64,000 nt of DNA, from assembly GCF_963921235.1 (NCBI RefSeq), contig NC_086097.1, positions 83,764,001 through 83,828,000 on the forward strand. Direction: 5' to 3'. The notes beneath the pieces are model-generated. The model was not told the origin of the DNA and ran no database searches. It saw only the letters and a list, made by a program, of their open reading frames with translations. This document shows positions 39,870-52,835 of the stretch, in pieces. A program made the position numbers and the translations under genes. Numbering within the stretch: the first letter of the stretch is position 1; each line of letters begins with the position of its first letter. The DNA is from Mobula hypostoma. Its lineage: Eukaryota.

Positions 39870-41580
39870 GATCAAGAGCAGACCCAAAGTGAAAAGTAAA
39901 GGCCAATTAGTGACAGTCACCGTGGCTTTGTGCATGGGAATCATGTGTCACGAACTTGATTGAATTTTATGTAGCTAGCGTACATGATTGATGTGAGTTT
40001 AAATGGACTTCATCAAGACCTTTGACAAGGTCCTGCGATGGTAGCCTGCTCTGGGATTGAGTATGAATTAGTCAACTGGATTCAACATTAGCTTGGTGGG
40101 CGTAGACAGGGTGTGGGGGGGGGGGGTGGCTAGTAAAGTAGGATTGTTATTTTCAGTAGATTGGAGGCCTGTATCCAGTGGAGTGCCACAGGGATTGCTG
40201 CTGTTTGTTCTTCTTATTAATGATTTTAGCAACAATATTGTTAACATGTGTAGTTAGTAAGCTAAAGAATGATAACAAATTGATGGTGTGATCTTGAAGG
40301 AAGAAGGTTATGGAAGAGTATAACAGGATCAAGGTGAACCAGGGATGTGGGCCAAGGAATAGCAGATAGAATTTAACACTGATAAGTGCATTTTGTGGCA
40401 TTTTGGTAAGTTGATCTAAGGCAGGGCTTACACAGCAAATGGAAATGTTGTTGGGACGCAGAGATCTAGGGTCACAGGTACATTGCTTCCTAAAAGTCGC
40501 AACACAGGGTGATAAAGAAGGTGTTTATCAGGTTTGTCTTCATCGGTCAAGGCTTTGAATATAGAAGTTGGGACGTCAGGATGCAACTGTACATGTCATT
40601 GGTAAGACCACGCTTGGGAGTACCTTGTGCATTTCTGGTTGCCCAGATATAGGAATGATGTCGTTAAGCTGGAACGGGTGCGGAAAAGATTCAAGGCGAT
40701 GTTACCAGGACCAGAGGACTTGAGTTACAAGGACAGTCTGGGCCATTTTCCCTGGATCTAGAAAGCCGAGGGAAGTATGAGCTAAATGGTTGTAGTCTTT
40801 TTCCCAGAGTAGGGGAGCCTAAAACTAGTGGACATACACTCTGTAACTACCTCACTAGATACCTTTTGTATCTAACAAAGTGGCCATTGTGTGTATGTTT
40901 ATAGTCTTCTGCTACTGTAGCCCACCTCTTCAAGGTTCGACAGGTTGTGCATTCGGAGATACTCTTATTGCACACTAATGTTGTAATGCGTGGCTATTTG
41001 AGTTACTGTTGCCTTCCTGTTCATCTTGAACCAGCCTGGCCATTCTCCTCTGAGCTCTCTCATTAACAAGACATTTTCACCCTCAGATCTGGTGCTCACT
41101 GGATGTTCATGAATGGGTTTTCAGACCATTCTCTGTAAATCTGGTGCATGAAAATCCCAGGAGATCAGCATGCATCCTGACTGCCGTCAACAATCATTCA
41201 ATGTTCAGGCACTAAGATAACTTTTCTTCCCCCATTCTGGTGTTTGGTCTGGACAACAACTGAACTGCTGAGTTGCTGCCACATGATTGGCTGATTAGAT
41301 ATTCACATTAATGAGCAGGGCACCGGTGTACCTAATAAAGTGGCTACTGAGTGTAGATGTAAGGGGGTGGGGAAGAACTTAAAAGAGACCCATGGGGAAA
41401 CTTTTTCCACACAGACAGCATGGACCAAGCTGCCAAAGGAAGCCAGAGAGGCGGGTACATGGAGAGGAAAGGTTTCGAAGGATATGGGCCAAGCACAGGC
41501 AAATGAGATGACGAATTGGTATCTTGGTCAGCATGGATAAGATGGGCTGAAGGACCTGTTTCTCGGCTATATAATTTTAT
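39870..41580 (+). mobile_element. Decayed CR1 interrupted by a Tc1 derivative
   Basis: tttgacaaggtcc and ggagtgccacaggga; the sequence aaaactagtggacata|gatgtaagg resumes after the insert. Confidence 0.75.
40837..41353 (-). mobile_element. Non-autonomous Tc1/mariner derivative
   Basis: TA flanks; degenerate TIRs cactctgtaactac.. / ..cctaataaagtggctactgagtg. Confidence 0.75.
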
Positions 41581-41689
41581 GACAGTAAAACAAGCCAGAC
41601 ACTGCTGGATGCTTTGTCCTTTTTGCAGGCTGGATGCACTACACCAATATTTACACAGTTGTGGTGGTGTGAAGTACATGGTGTGCATA

Positions 41690-43243
41690 CAGGTGTCCCC
41701 TGCTTTTCGAACGTTCACTTTACAAAACCTCACTGTTACAAAAGACCTACATTAGTACCCTGTTTTCGCTTTCAGAAGGTGTTTTCTCTGTTACGAAAGA
41801 AAAAGGGCGCGATAAAAGGCAGCGCGCGCCCCAAGCAGCCGCTCTCCCCCGGTTTCAGAGCTGCATTGCTTAAACACGTGCCTGTGAGCAGCCGTTTGCA
41901 AGATGAGTTCTAAGGTATTGGAAAAGCCTGAAAGAGCTCGTAAGGGTGTTACACATAGCATATAACTAGACATAACTAAGCGTTTTGATCGTGGTGAACG
42001 AAGTAAGGACAACGTGAGTTTGGCTTGTGGAAGCTGACGAACATGATGTTGAAGAGGTTTTGGCATCCCATGACCAAGAACTGACAGATGAAGAGCTGAT
42101 GCAATTGGAAGAAAAAAGGATAACAATCGAAACCGAATGAATAATGATAAAGTATGAATTTAATTTTGAAAGGGTACATCAGTTTAGGGGATATTTTCAG
42201 GATGGTTTGAGTCCTTACAAAGAACTGTGTGATAGAAAAATGCACGAGGCTCAGCAGTCAAGCAAGCCTTCCACATCAGCCACAGCAGACGACGAACCTC
42301 GACCTTTGACGTCGAGGTGGACAGAGATAGAAGAAGATGAGCTGCCTGCTCTAATGGAAACAGACGACGAGATGACACCCCAGTGTCCCACCACCCCAAC
42401 CCCCAGTCTATGGACAGATACCGATTCGCGGAGAATGCAACGGTAGCCGGGAGGCACACAGCACATCTTTAAGAAAAAAGTCGAAATAAACATGCTAATT
42501 AATTAGGTGCCGCTGACACGTAATTGTCGGCCCAGATCAGAGACGACACAATTGGAAATCGGCACTGATCTGGGCCGACAATTACGTGTCGGGCGGCACC
42601 TAATTAATTAGCATGTTTATTTTGGCTTTTCTTCGTAAAGATGTGCTGTGTGCCTCCCGGCTACTGCTGCATTCCTGCATGCTTCGCGGCAATGTATCGC
42701 TCGGTGGCCTGGAGGGTGGGTGCCACTGCACCACCCAAACTCCGACTCAGCCTAACACACCATCATCAGTGTGCTCGGCGCTGTCTTCCCGATTCCCTTA
42801 AGTGATACTACACTGTACATACATTATTTCTACTTTATATAGGCTGTGTATTTTTACGTGTTATTTGGTATGATTTGGCAGCTTCATAGCTTAAAGGTTA
42901 CAGGACAGAGTGTTCTTGCCAACAGCGCTTGCGTGAGATTTTCTGCCAACGGCACTTGTGTGAGATTTTCACTATGGCGATCTGTGCAGGCAATCGTTAT
43001 AGAGAAGTATTTCTATTTTATAGGCTGTGTATTTATCACATCATTCCTGCTTTTACTATATGTTACTGTTATTTTAGGTTTTATCTGTTATTTGGCATGA
43101 TTTGGTAGGTTATTTTTGGGTCTGCGAACGCTCACAAAATTTTTCCATATGGATAAATGGTAATTGCTTCTTCGCTTTATGACATTTTGGCTTATGAACC
43201 GTTTCATAGGAACGCTGTACCTTCGGATGGCGGGGTAAACCTG
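41690..43243 (+). mobile_element. Tigger/pogo internal-deletion derivative
   Basis: TA flanks; TIRs CAGGTGTCCCCTGCTTTTCGAA / rc CAGGTTTACCCCGCCATCCGAA; N-terminal MSSKVLEKPERARKGVT..RFDRGE joined to C-terminal DVEEVLASHDQELTDEELMQLEE. Confidence 0.85.
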
Positions 43244-43295
43244 TATCTCTGAGGGTTTCACGTAAATAAAATATCCAGCAGCTTCAAAGAAGTAA

Positions 43296-43605
43296 TGAAA
43301 TGGCACAGCTAGTGGAGCTGTTACCTCAAGGCACCAGGGACTGGGTTCATTCCGAAGCTCTGGGACTGCCTGTGTGGAGTTTGCACGTTCTCCATGACCT
43401 TGTGAGCTCCAGTTTCCTTTTGCGTCCCAAGGACGTTCTGTCTTGGGGGGGTAATAACCACCGTAAATTGCTTCTTGTGTGTAGGTGGGTGGTAGAATTT
43501 GGGGGAGTTGATCACAATGTGAGAGAGTAGATTTATAGGGAAAACTAATGGGGGAAATGAGATTGGTAGCTGGCATAGCCCGATGGGCTGAGTGGCCAAC
43601 AAAAG
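43296..43605 (+). mobile_element. V-SINE (HE1-like)
   Basis: tRNA-like head followed by gtgtggagtttgcacgttctcc. Confidence 0.75.
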
Positions 43606-44863
43606 ATCTGGAGATACTAAGCATGTTCCTCTCATGAATTCCAGCCAATATGCGGACTTTGAGGCAAATAGTCCCGAGTTTGAATCCAGCCAGCTCCTAT
43701 GTGTGCTGGGCTAAGCACTGAACTAGCTCAAAATGCTACAGAAACAGCAAAAACGCTGCCCGATGTGCCACAAGTGTGAAAAGGGACAACAATCTCTCAA
43801 GAATAGGCGGCAGTTATCTCTGAGTTGGATATCCAGCTGGCTGCAGCCTTCACCAATTACCACTGCCCATCTGCGGCCTTCAGCAGGATCAAGGCTGAGC
43901 TCTTTTCCCGGAGACAGGTAGCAACTACTTTGTTCTTCCCGAATGACAATGTGTATATTTGGAGGCATACTGCAAGAGAGGCCCTCCTGGGGCCTGTTAC
44001 CATGATCCTGGACCTCTGACCTCATGGCCAGCTGTGTTTGAATTTCAGAGGCATCTCTGGATGTGGGCTCTATCTGTGGGTGAGGTGGTGGAGCAGCCAT
44101 GTTGAAGTCCTGCTCAGCAGCGCCACCTCCTTCCTGTCCCTGGTGCTCTGGTGTTGCTGCTTTCCCCGTTCTCAAATCGCCTACAGTGATGGGCATTCCG
44201 TGGCTTACTCTGCAATTCCCTGTGAATCATCACTCTGCTGTGGATGGAGTTTCAATTGCAATAGAAAATTCTGAACAGATGGAAAATTGGAATCACTTGT
44301 GGTGCACTTTGTTATGTAAATTCATCCCAAGAGGCAAGTTAATAGATTATGGACCAGGTTTGAAGTGTTCTGGTTTAAGCAAAGCACCTGTTCTACTTTT
44401 GAACTCTGAGCCTTGCTGTAACGAGTGTTAATGATTGAACTGCAATTTTATCCAAAGCTGATTTTGCAGGGGCCTAAGTAGAGAGGCGTAGTATGCACAG
44501 AGGCCATTCAACAAACCGTGTATGTGCTGGCCAACAATGAACACATGAGCATAAGAAGCTGAAGTAGGCCAGTCAGCCACTTGAGCCCGCTCCAACCTTC
44601 AATAAGAACATGACAAAGCTAATCTTGGCCCTAACACTGCTTAGGTGCTCTCACTCACATCTCTTGTAGCATAAGTACCTACCACTTCGAATATATCTCT
44701 ATCTCTAGAGAAGGGAATTACAGCGATTCGGTGCTTCCTGAGAAATTGCTCCCCACCTCTGTCTGAAATGGGTGATTCATTTGTTGTATGACTGTGTACC
44801 TGAGTCCTCGATATCCCCACTAGGAGAAATATCTTGTCAGTATTCATCCTGTTAATGTCCCTT

Positions 44864-45345
44864 GGTTCCTTAAGGCTGTTATAGGGGGCACAATCTCCCA
44901 CTGTTTATTAAATGCTTCCAATGGCATGCATCTCAAATAGCCTCTGACAACCAAGTCCACCTCCTGGCCTTCACGTGCGGCTTAGTCGCTAAGCTTGGCA
45001 GAACCTTTTCTTCTGACAGGAGAAGGGCCAGAGGCAGATTGCTGGCACCTTAAAACCAGTCACTTCGGGCAGACGGGGCTCGTCAGACATGGTTGACAGC
45101 TTGCCCAGGAGAAGGAAAGCTCTGATCTCAAAACTCCACTGCCTTGCGCTATACCCACTCGTGGGGATGACTTTGGGATTAAACCCCCGAGGGGAAGGTC
45201 CGGAGCTGGAGTCCCAAAAGCAGTCCTACGTTGAGTTCAACGCTGACTGGCAACTCCTGTGATGCCACTGGTGCCAAGCTCTTGTCAGTTTCTGCCTTTC
45301 CTTTGGATTCATTGGCTGCATGGGCAATAGCTTGCTGTCCACACT
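44864..45345 (+). mobile_element. Family-2 non-autonomous retroposon
   Basis: Reverse-complement homology to 21061-21633 (cctctgacaaccaagtcca..ggccttcacgtg). Confidence 0.65.
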
Positions 45346-45604
45346 GTACCATCCTGGCTTGAGTATGACAGCTGGGATGCAACGTACATGGTCGGCCCTG
45401 ACCAACAGAGGGCCTGAATGCCTCTCAGTATCTTAAACTCTGGTGTAGCATAACCTGCTGAGTCTCTCTTCCTATCTCGACAGTTTGTCCCAAAAATCAA
45501 TATTGCCCCTTGATGACTTTGCTTCCAGTATCTGGAGACCAAAGCTGTAGCGTCCCATGTGAAATCTGATATGGACACTGAATTCATTACAAAGCTTCCA
45601 TACT

Positions 45605-48010
45605 TCAGAATGGAAGTCAAAGTCGAGTTTATTACCATCTGCAAGGTACATGCATGCATAGATGCAATGAAAAATGCAGCTTCACAGGCATGGGTGTGGG
45701 CACATGGCGTCTTTTATTTTTTTATGCGGTAATATAATTTTATTTCCAGTCAACCCTGCTGAGTTTAAAAGGGGCTGTAAATAGAACTCCGGTGAGTTTT
45801 AGCTTGTCTGTTTCAGATTTCCCCCACACCTTCCCTCTGACCTCAGCTCCAGATGCAGACTGGATCTAGGTGCTGAAACATTAGGATTTCCAAATGATCA
45901 GATGCCTTTCTAATCAGTTCTGTATTTCAACACTTTGTTATAGCTTCAGATTTGCAGCATCTGGAAAGAAATTGTCAGAATGCCAGTGTTCCATTAGCCT
46001 TCCTGATTACTTTAGATCATAAGACATAGGAGCAAAATTAGGCCATTAGGTCCGTCACATCTACTCTGCTATCCCATCGTGGCTGATCTATTATCTCTCT
46101 CAACCCCATTCTCCAGCCTTCTCTCCATAGCCTTTGACACTCTTAATAATCAAGAGCCTATCAACCTTTTTAAATAGACGCAAAGACTTGGCCTCCATGG
46201 CCATCCTTGGCAATGAATTCCACAGATTCACTACCATCTGGCTAAAGAAATTCCTCTTCATCTCTGTTCCAAATGGACATTCCTCTATTCTGACTCTGTG
46301 TCCTCTGGTCCTGGACTCACCCACTATAGGAAACATCATCCCTGCATCCACTCCATCCAGAATTTTTACTATTCTACAGATTTCAATTAGATCCTCCCCA
46401 CATTCTTCTAAACTCCAGCGAGTATAGGCTCAGAGCCATCAAAGACTCCTCATACGTTAACCCTTTCATTCCCAGAGATATTATCATTAACTTCCTCTGG
46501 AACTTTTCCAATGCCAGCACATCCTTCCTTAGATAAGGGGCCCAAAACCGCTCACAATACTCCAAGTGCCGTCTGACCAATTCCTTATAAAGCCTCAGCT
46601 TTACATCCTTGCTCTCGTATTCTAGTCCTCCGCAGATGAATGCTAAAATCGCATTTGCCTTCCTCACTGTCAACTCAACCTGCAAGTTAGCCTTCCGGGA
46701 ATCCTGCACAAGGACTCCCATGTCCTTTTGCACCTCTGAGTTTTGAATTTTCTTCCCATTTAGAAAATAGTCTATGGCTTTATTCCTTCTAATAAGAGCA
46801 TAAGACATAGGAGCAAAATTAGGCCATTTGGCCCTTTCTGGACCTGCAAGCTGATTTTTTTCTGTGTTTCTGGCACTAAGATCTCCAGATTACTTTGTTT
46901 TCATTTCATTATTCTTTCCAAAGTGGATTACCTAACATCTGCACACACAATACTCCACCTTCCAATTTGCCTGCACACTTAACTTGTCTCTATCGCTTTT
47001 TAGTATTTTTGTGTCTTCCTGATGACTTGCTAATCCATCATCAGTAATCTGGGCTTTAGCACCATCAGCTTATTTGGTGCTTTTGTCTATTCATAGAGAT
47101 TGTTTTAAGTTCCTTCCTCCTTGTATTATCCACCCATATTGGGACATTTTTTTATGTCTTCTACTTTGGAGACCAATGCAGGCTAATTGCTTAGACTTTC
47201 TTCTGCCTCGCTATTCCCCATTATTAATTCTCATCCTCTAAGTGACCGAGGTCTATTTTTGTTCCTCTCTCTTATATCTGTAAACATCTCCCTGTCTGTT
47301 TATTTTTTAAGTTAACCTTTGCTCACTATGAAAAAACCCCAGTCTTCAGGGCCACGACTAATGTGAGCCACATTTTATAACTCTTTATTTCAATTCAGTA
47401 CAAACTTTAGTTTTCCTAGTTAACCATGGATGTTGGCTCCTTCTCATAGAGCTATTCTTCTTACTAGGATGTTCCTTAATATAGGTTAATGAAATGGCTT
47501 ATTCCCAGATCATGTATGCTCACAGTTTTGACTATCAAATCCCATCCGGAATATATTGAAAGGTGCTGGTCCCACCCATCATTTAATCCCATGACGTACA
47601 GACCTTCACTTTATGTTGCTTGAAATAATATTTTTCCGATACTGGAAACCTGAAGCAATAACAAAGTGCTGAAATACAACAAAACTCTGATTTTAAAAAG
47701 GCACTTGATCATTCGGATATCCTGATGTTTCAGCGTCTAGCTCCAGCGTGCATCTGGAGCTGGGTCAGGGGGAGGGGGTGGGGGAAATTTGAAACATGTG
47801 AGCCGAAACTCACCGGAATTCTATTTACAGCTGCCTTTAAACTCTGCAGGTTGATTGGAAAAAATTTTATATTACTGTGTAAAAAAATGAAATGCTATGT
47901 GCCTGCACCTATGCCAATGATGCTGCTGCAAGTGGGTTTTCCCATTGCATCTGTGCATACATGTACTTCTGCAGATGGCAACAAACTTGACATTGAATTT
48001 TGATGTTGAA
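45605..48010. repeat. Diverged inverted duplication; arms at about 45605-45967 and 47632-48010
   Basis: For example ctgtaaatagaactccggtgagttt vs aaactcaccggaattctatttacag, and cagctccagatgca vs tgcatctggagctg. Confidence 0.85.
46015..47030 (-). mobile_element. CR1 3' fragment(s)
   Basis: LRLYKELVRRHLEYC..W.PYLRKD and SRTRGH..RNFFSQ.VVNLWNSLP. Confidence 0.88.
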
Positions 48011-48169
48011 GGGTGTGTTTGGGTATTAATGGTCTGGAAAATCTGCCAGTGTGCCTGACTTTTGGAGCATCGTGGTACTCAGTAGGTTAGGCAGCATCTG
48101 TTGGGAGAAGAACAATATTGTATGAGAATATTTTTCACAACTCCACTCTAGTAGTCCCTCTATCATTGA

Positions 48170-49255
48170 GATTAAATCGGTGTTCCTTTACTGACCTTTT
48201 TCCTTAGAGAAATAGAAATAAGTCCTTTCTATTTACCCTGATAAGACCACTCATAATTTCATAGATTTTCACTAAATCTCATTTCAGCCTCTTTTGTTCC
48301 AGGGTAAACAAGCCCATCTTAGATAGTTTCTCCTCTACTCTATTATTCTCTAGCCTTAAGATCATCCTCCTAAATCTCCCCTGCATTCTTGCTGGTATTA
48401 TCATAGTCTTCTTGTAGTGTGACATTCAGAACTGTACACCAGTGTTCTGCTTGTGGCCCCATCACTGTTTCATTCCAACATGACTTCCTTACCCTTCTGT
48501 TCCATGCCTCAGCCAACAAAGGCACCCATCGTGGGTCCTGCCTTAGACACCTTATCTCTGTAGCTCTCTTCATGGAGCACGGAACAAGCACTGCAAGATC
48601 CCTCTTATTCCTAGAATCTGCTATTTCTGCCTACACCCTTTCCCCAGGGAAGAGACATGTTTCCATTGGAAAAACTTCGCTGCTGCGCTCAGCCAGGAAG
48701 CTGGAGATATTCATAATCACGGTTCTCTGGAGTCTTCCACTTCCTCATAACTAAAGTACCCATCATGTGGAAAGGGAGGGAAGAACCATGGGGCTCTGTA
48801 ACCACAATTTGGTTTTAATCAAGTTAACAATGAAAGGATAAGGAAAGAATTAGTGGAGATATAGTGGGAGATGTCAACTATTAAACCTATTTGGAAAGGA
48901 GATTCATTAACTTCCTTACTACAATGGCGGGATAAAGTGCATCTGGAGAATGTTTCCTTTAAGTGGGAGCATTTAGGATCTGACGCTACAGCCTCAGAAT
49001 AAAGGGACATCCCTTTAAAATTAAGTTGGGGAAGAAGTCATTTAATCAGAAGTTTGCGATTGTGTGGAATTTGTTTCAACAGAGGGTGCTGGAAGCGGAG
49101 TCCTTGTGCATTTAAGGCAGAGATTGATGAGTTCTTGATTGGTAAAAGGGTTAAGAGTAATGAGGAGAAGGCAGGAACATGGGGTTTAATCTGCCATAAT
49201 TGAATGGCGTGCAGACTCAAAGGGCCAAATGCTGTAATTCTACTTCTGTATCCTT
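48170..49255. mobile_element. Decayed CR1 fragments (- strand about 48170-48660; + strand about 48800-49255)
   Basis: CR1 3' motifs tttaaggcagagattgat and gactcaaagggccaaat. Confidence 0.6.
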
Positions 49256-51784
49256 ACAATTTATCTGTTGTATGAGGCCCAAAATTTCCTGGAGATAAAT
49301 AAAAAAAAGAGTATGGAATTGGATGTAAAAGAAGCTACTACCGACCAAAATGGTGAAGCAGGCTTGATGGGCTAAAGACCTTTTGTCATGTTTCTTTTCA
49401 GAGGGTTTCTGCTCTACCAGCTCCACAACTTGCAGTTCTGACGTGCTTGGCAGCAACCCTAATGTAAACTGGCTGGGCTTCATTAATTCCTGGCACCAAG
49501 ATGAAAGAGCCCAGATCCATCAAATTTGCACTGGGGTCATGAGAGCTGCAGGCTGCAGGTCAAAGGTGCCTGGTAGTTCAAACACCCTCCCAAGGCCAGT
49601 GTAAAAGCAAATCGAGCAGCAGCTGACTGGCTGGGTGGTGGTTGTGGGTTTACAGTAAGTCTCAGTTAACCTGTCAAAAGCTGCAGGTTAATGGTAGTGG
49701 GAGCCTGAGCGAGTGCTCCACAGTGACCAGATGAAAAAGTACGAGTCTGAGCAGATTTTCTTTCAGCTATAAAACTTTATTGGGTGGCAGAGGAGGAAGG
49801 AGTTATTCATTAGTAGCTTTTATTTAAGGCTACAGTAATCTCTGGGGAGAAAAAGGTTTAAAGCGCTGATTAACGGCGGTTTAATTCAGGATTGTTGCAT
49901 GAAACAATAGGCCTAAATAGCAGCTATAATGTGCTCTGGGATTGTCATAGGCTCTAGTGTTTTGGGGGGTTGTAGGGATACCAGCCCACTTTCATTGTAT
50001 AACACATCTTGGAGTATCTTGAATGCTCCATAGAGTTAATGTGGTGGAAGGGAGGAGAAAACCAGTATGCAAATCTCCTTCAATCTGAATGACATGGAGT
50101 AGATAGAGGAACAAGAGACATTGCAGAAGAGAGAACATCCTGATGTACAACAGCAGAGTGTGGGTGAGTGTTTGCAAAGGCATTTCTAGGAAATGTCCTG
50201 GCATCCATTTCCTATTGCTCAGGTCGTTTTCGCCCCGTGATTCCATGAAGTGGTTTCATTTTGTATTTCCGTATTTCATGATTTCTTATGTCAGAGAGGC
50301 AGGCTGTTCAGCCCATCAAGTCAATCTGGCTCATCAAGCATTCTCCTTTGCCCTATACCTCACAACTCCTTCTCATCTTCTCTCTCTCTCTCTCATGTCC
50401 ACTTATTCTCCTGTCTCCCCAGTTACAGAGTAGGGGCAACTTAAAGCGGACAATTAACCTATCAATCCATACATCTTTGGGATGAGGAAAATGGAAGGAT
50501 CACGAGGGAATTCCCACATGGTTGCAGAGAAAACGATGAAACACCACACGGAACCGATGGAGGACAGGATTGAATCTAGGCTCTCAGAACTATGATCTCC
50601 CAGTGTAGCACCACAGTGTCAGGTTTGACACGGTGGGATGGACCTGCTGTGCTGAAGGGCCTGTTTTTTTTTGCCTTGAACTTTATTTAAGACACTTACT
50701 TTCCTCTTGCAGTATTTGTCCTCTCTTCCCTAGAACAAAAAAAGGCACACTAGGTGTAGGTGGCAATGTACTACCTGAGCTTTCCTGGATGTTCGATGCT
50801 AACCTTGCATCATTTGTGTGTTTTCTTGCCCTTCCACTCAGTACAGCCAAGCTGCTAGGGCCTGGGAGATGAATGTAACATACACCTGTTATGAGAGGAT
50901 ATTCCAGAATGATTGTTCACAAGACACTTCCCACAGTGCCGAGCACCCCTTCAAAGAAGGTTACTTATAATTCAAATCATCTGCGGCGCACAGCCATTCT
51001 GCCTCATGGCATGAGGAAATTCTTTTGCTTCTTTTTAATTTCCTCTTTCCCCCGCTGCCTCCTCCCTCATGTGCTCCAGAGCAGAACTAAGGCAAGTGGC
51101 TCATCTCCAACACGTTGCAGTTGCTTATTCATCCCATCACGAAAAGGCACATCAACATTTGTCCTCCAGCCTTGGCCATCTGAGAGATGGACGTCGAAGG
51201 TTACTTGTGGGAGTGGGTGTTTCTTTTTGTCATTATCTCCCCAAGATCTTTCTAAAAACTTACTTAAAACTTTTGGCTGAATAATTTTTTAAAAATCCTG
51301 ATGGGCGTTCACTAAATGCGAAGAACCAACTGAATGTAGTAGCTGCTTTAAATTATGAGTAGCATGGGTTTGTGAAGATAAAGCAATCTGTTTGCTGCCA
51401 TTTTCAATGGCAGTGAAATCCAACCTCAACAGTCTCTGGTGCTGCTGAATTTTGAACTGAATGTGGGTGATGCGGTTTTTGGTCGAAGTTTTATTAATTT
51501 TGTTTTATTTCTGAGACAGCTCAAGTCAGAAAATCTTTGCAGCCCAAAAAAAGCTCACTCAGCCCATTGAGAGAATGCTGGGTCCTTGGGTTTTATTCCC
51601 TTACTTTTCCCCTGTAGTCCTTAGTTATTTAGCTTCCCGGGCCAATAAGTATCTACTTTTACTTGATGGACACTTGTTTCTATCACACTTCCACAAGTGA
51701 ATCTATATGGTCAGAATGTGCGTACGCTGGAACTAGCTTGTTATGAGTTTGCATTCAGATTAGCACTGACTGGACAGCAAGTTT

Positions 51785-52835
51785 AGTCATAGTCACACTT
51801 TATTGATCCCGGAGGAAATTGGATTTTCGTTACAGTTGCTCCATAAATAATAAATAGTAATAAAACCATAAATAGTTAAATAGTAATATGTAAATTATGC
51901 TAGGAAATAAGTCCAGGACCAGCCTATTGGCTCAGGATGTCTGACCCTCCAAGGGAGGAGTTGTAAAGTTTGATGGCCACAGGCAGGAATGACTTCCTAT
52001 GACGCTCTGTGTTGCATCTCGGTGGAATGAGTCTCTGGCTGAACGTACTCCTGTGCCCAACCAGTACATTTGTAGCGGATGGGAGACATTGTCCAAGATG
52101 GCATGCAACTTGGACAGCATCCTCTTTTCAGACACCACTGTCAGAGAGTCCAGTTCCATCCCCATGACATCACTGGCCTTACGAATGAGTTTGTTGATTC
52201 TGTTGGTGTCTGCTACCCTCAGCCTGCTGCCCCAGCACACAACAGCAAACATGATCGCACTGGCAACTGCAGACTCGTAGAACATCCTCAGCATCATCCG
52301 GCAGATGTTAAAGGACCTCAGTCTCCTCAGGAAATAGAGAGGGCTCTGAGCCTTCTTGTAGACAGCCTCAGTGTTCTTTGACCAGTCCAGTTTATTGTCA
52401 ATTCGTATCCCCAGGTATTTGTAATCACCACCATGTCCACACTGACCCCCTGGATGGAAACAGGGGTCACCGGTACCTTAGCTCTCCTCAGGTCTACCAC
52501 CAGCTCCTTAGTCTTTTTCACATTAAACTGCAGATAATTCTGCTCACACCATGTGACAAAGTTTCCTACCGTAGCCCTGTACTCAGCCTCATCTCCCTTG
52601 CTGATGCATCCAACTATGGCAGAGTCATCCGAAAACTTCTGAAGATGACAAGACTCTGTGCAGTAGTTGAAGTCCGAGGTGTAAATGGTGAAGAGAAAGG
52701 GAGACAAGACAGTCCCCTGTGGAGCCCCAGTGCTGCTGATCACTCTGTTGGACACACAGTGTTGCAAGCACACGTACTGTGGTCTGCCAGTCAGGTAATC
52801 AAGAATCCATGACACCAGGAAAGCATCCACCTGCT
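51785..52835 (-). mobile_element. Rex1/Babar 3' part
   Basis: WILDYLTGRPQYV..GAPQGTVLSPFLFTIYTSDF..KFSDD; near-identical to 8305-9265. Confidence 0.9.

Noticed and set aside
44960..45005. Canonical HDV-like ribozyme suggested by the L3-like UUCACGU
   Set aside because: The flanking bases do not form P3, and the P1/P1.1 order does not fit
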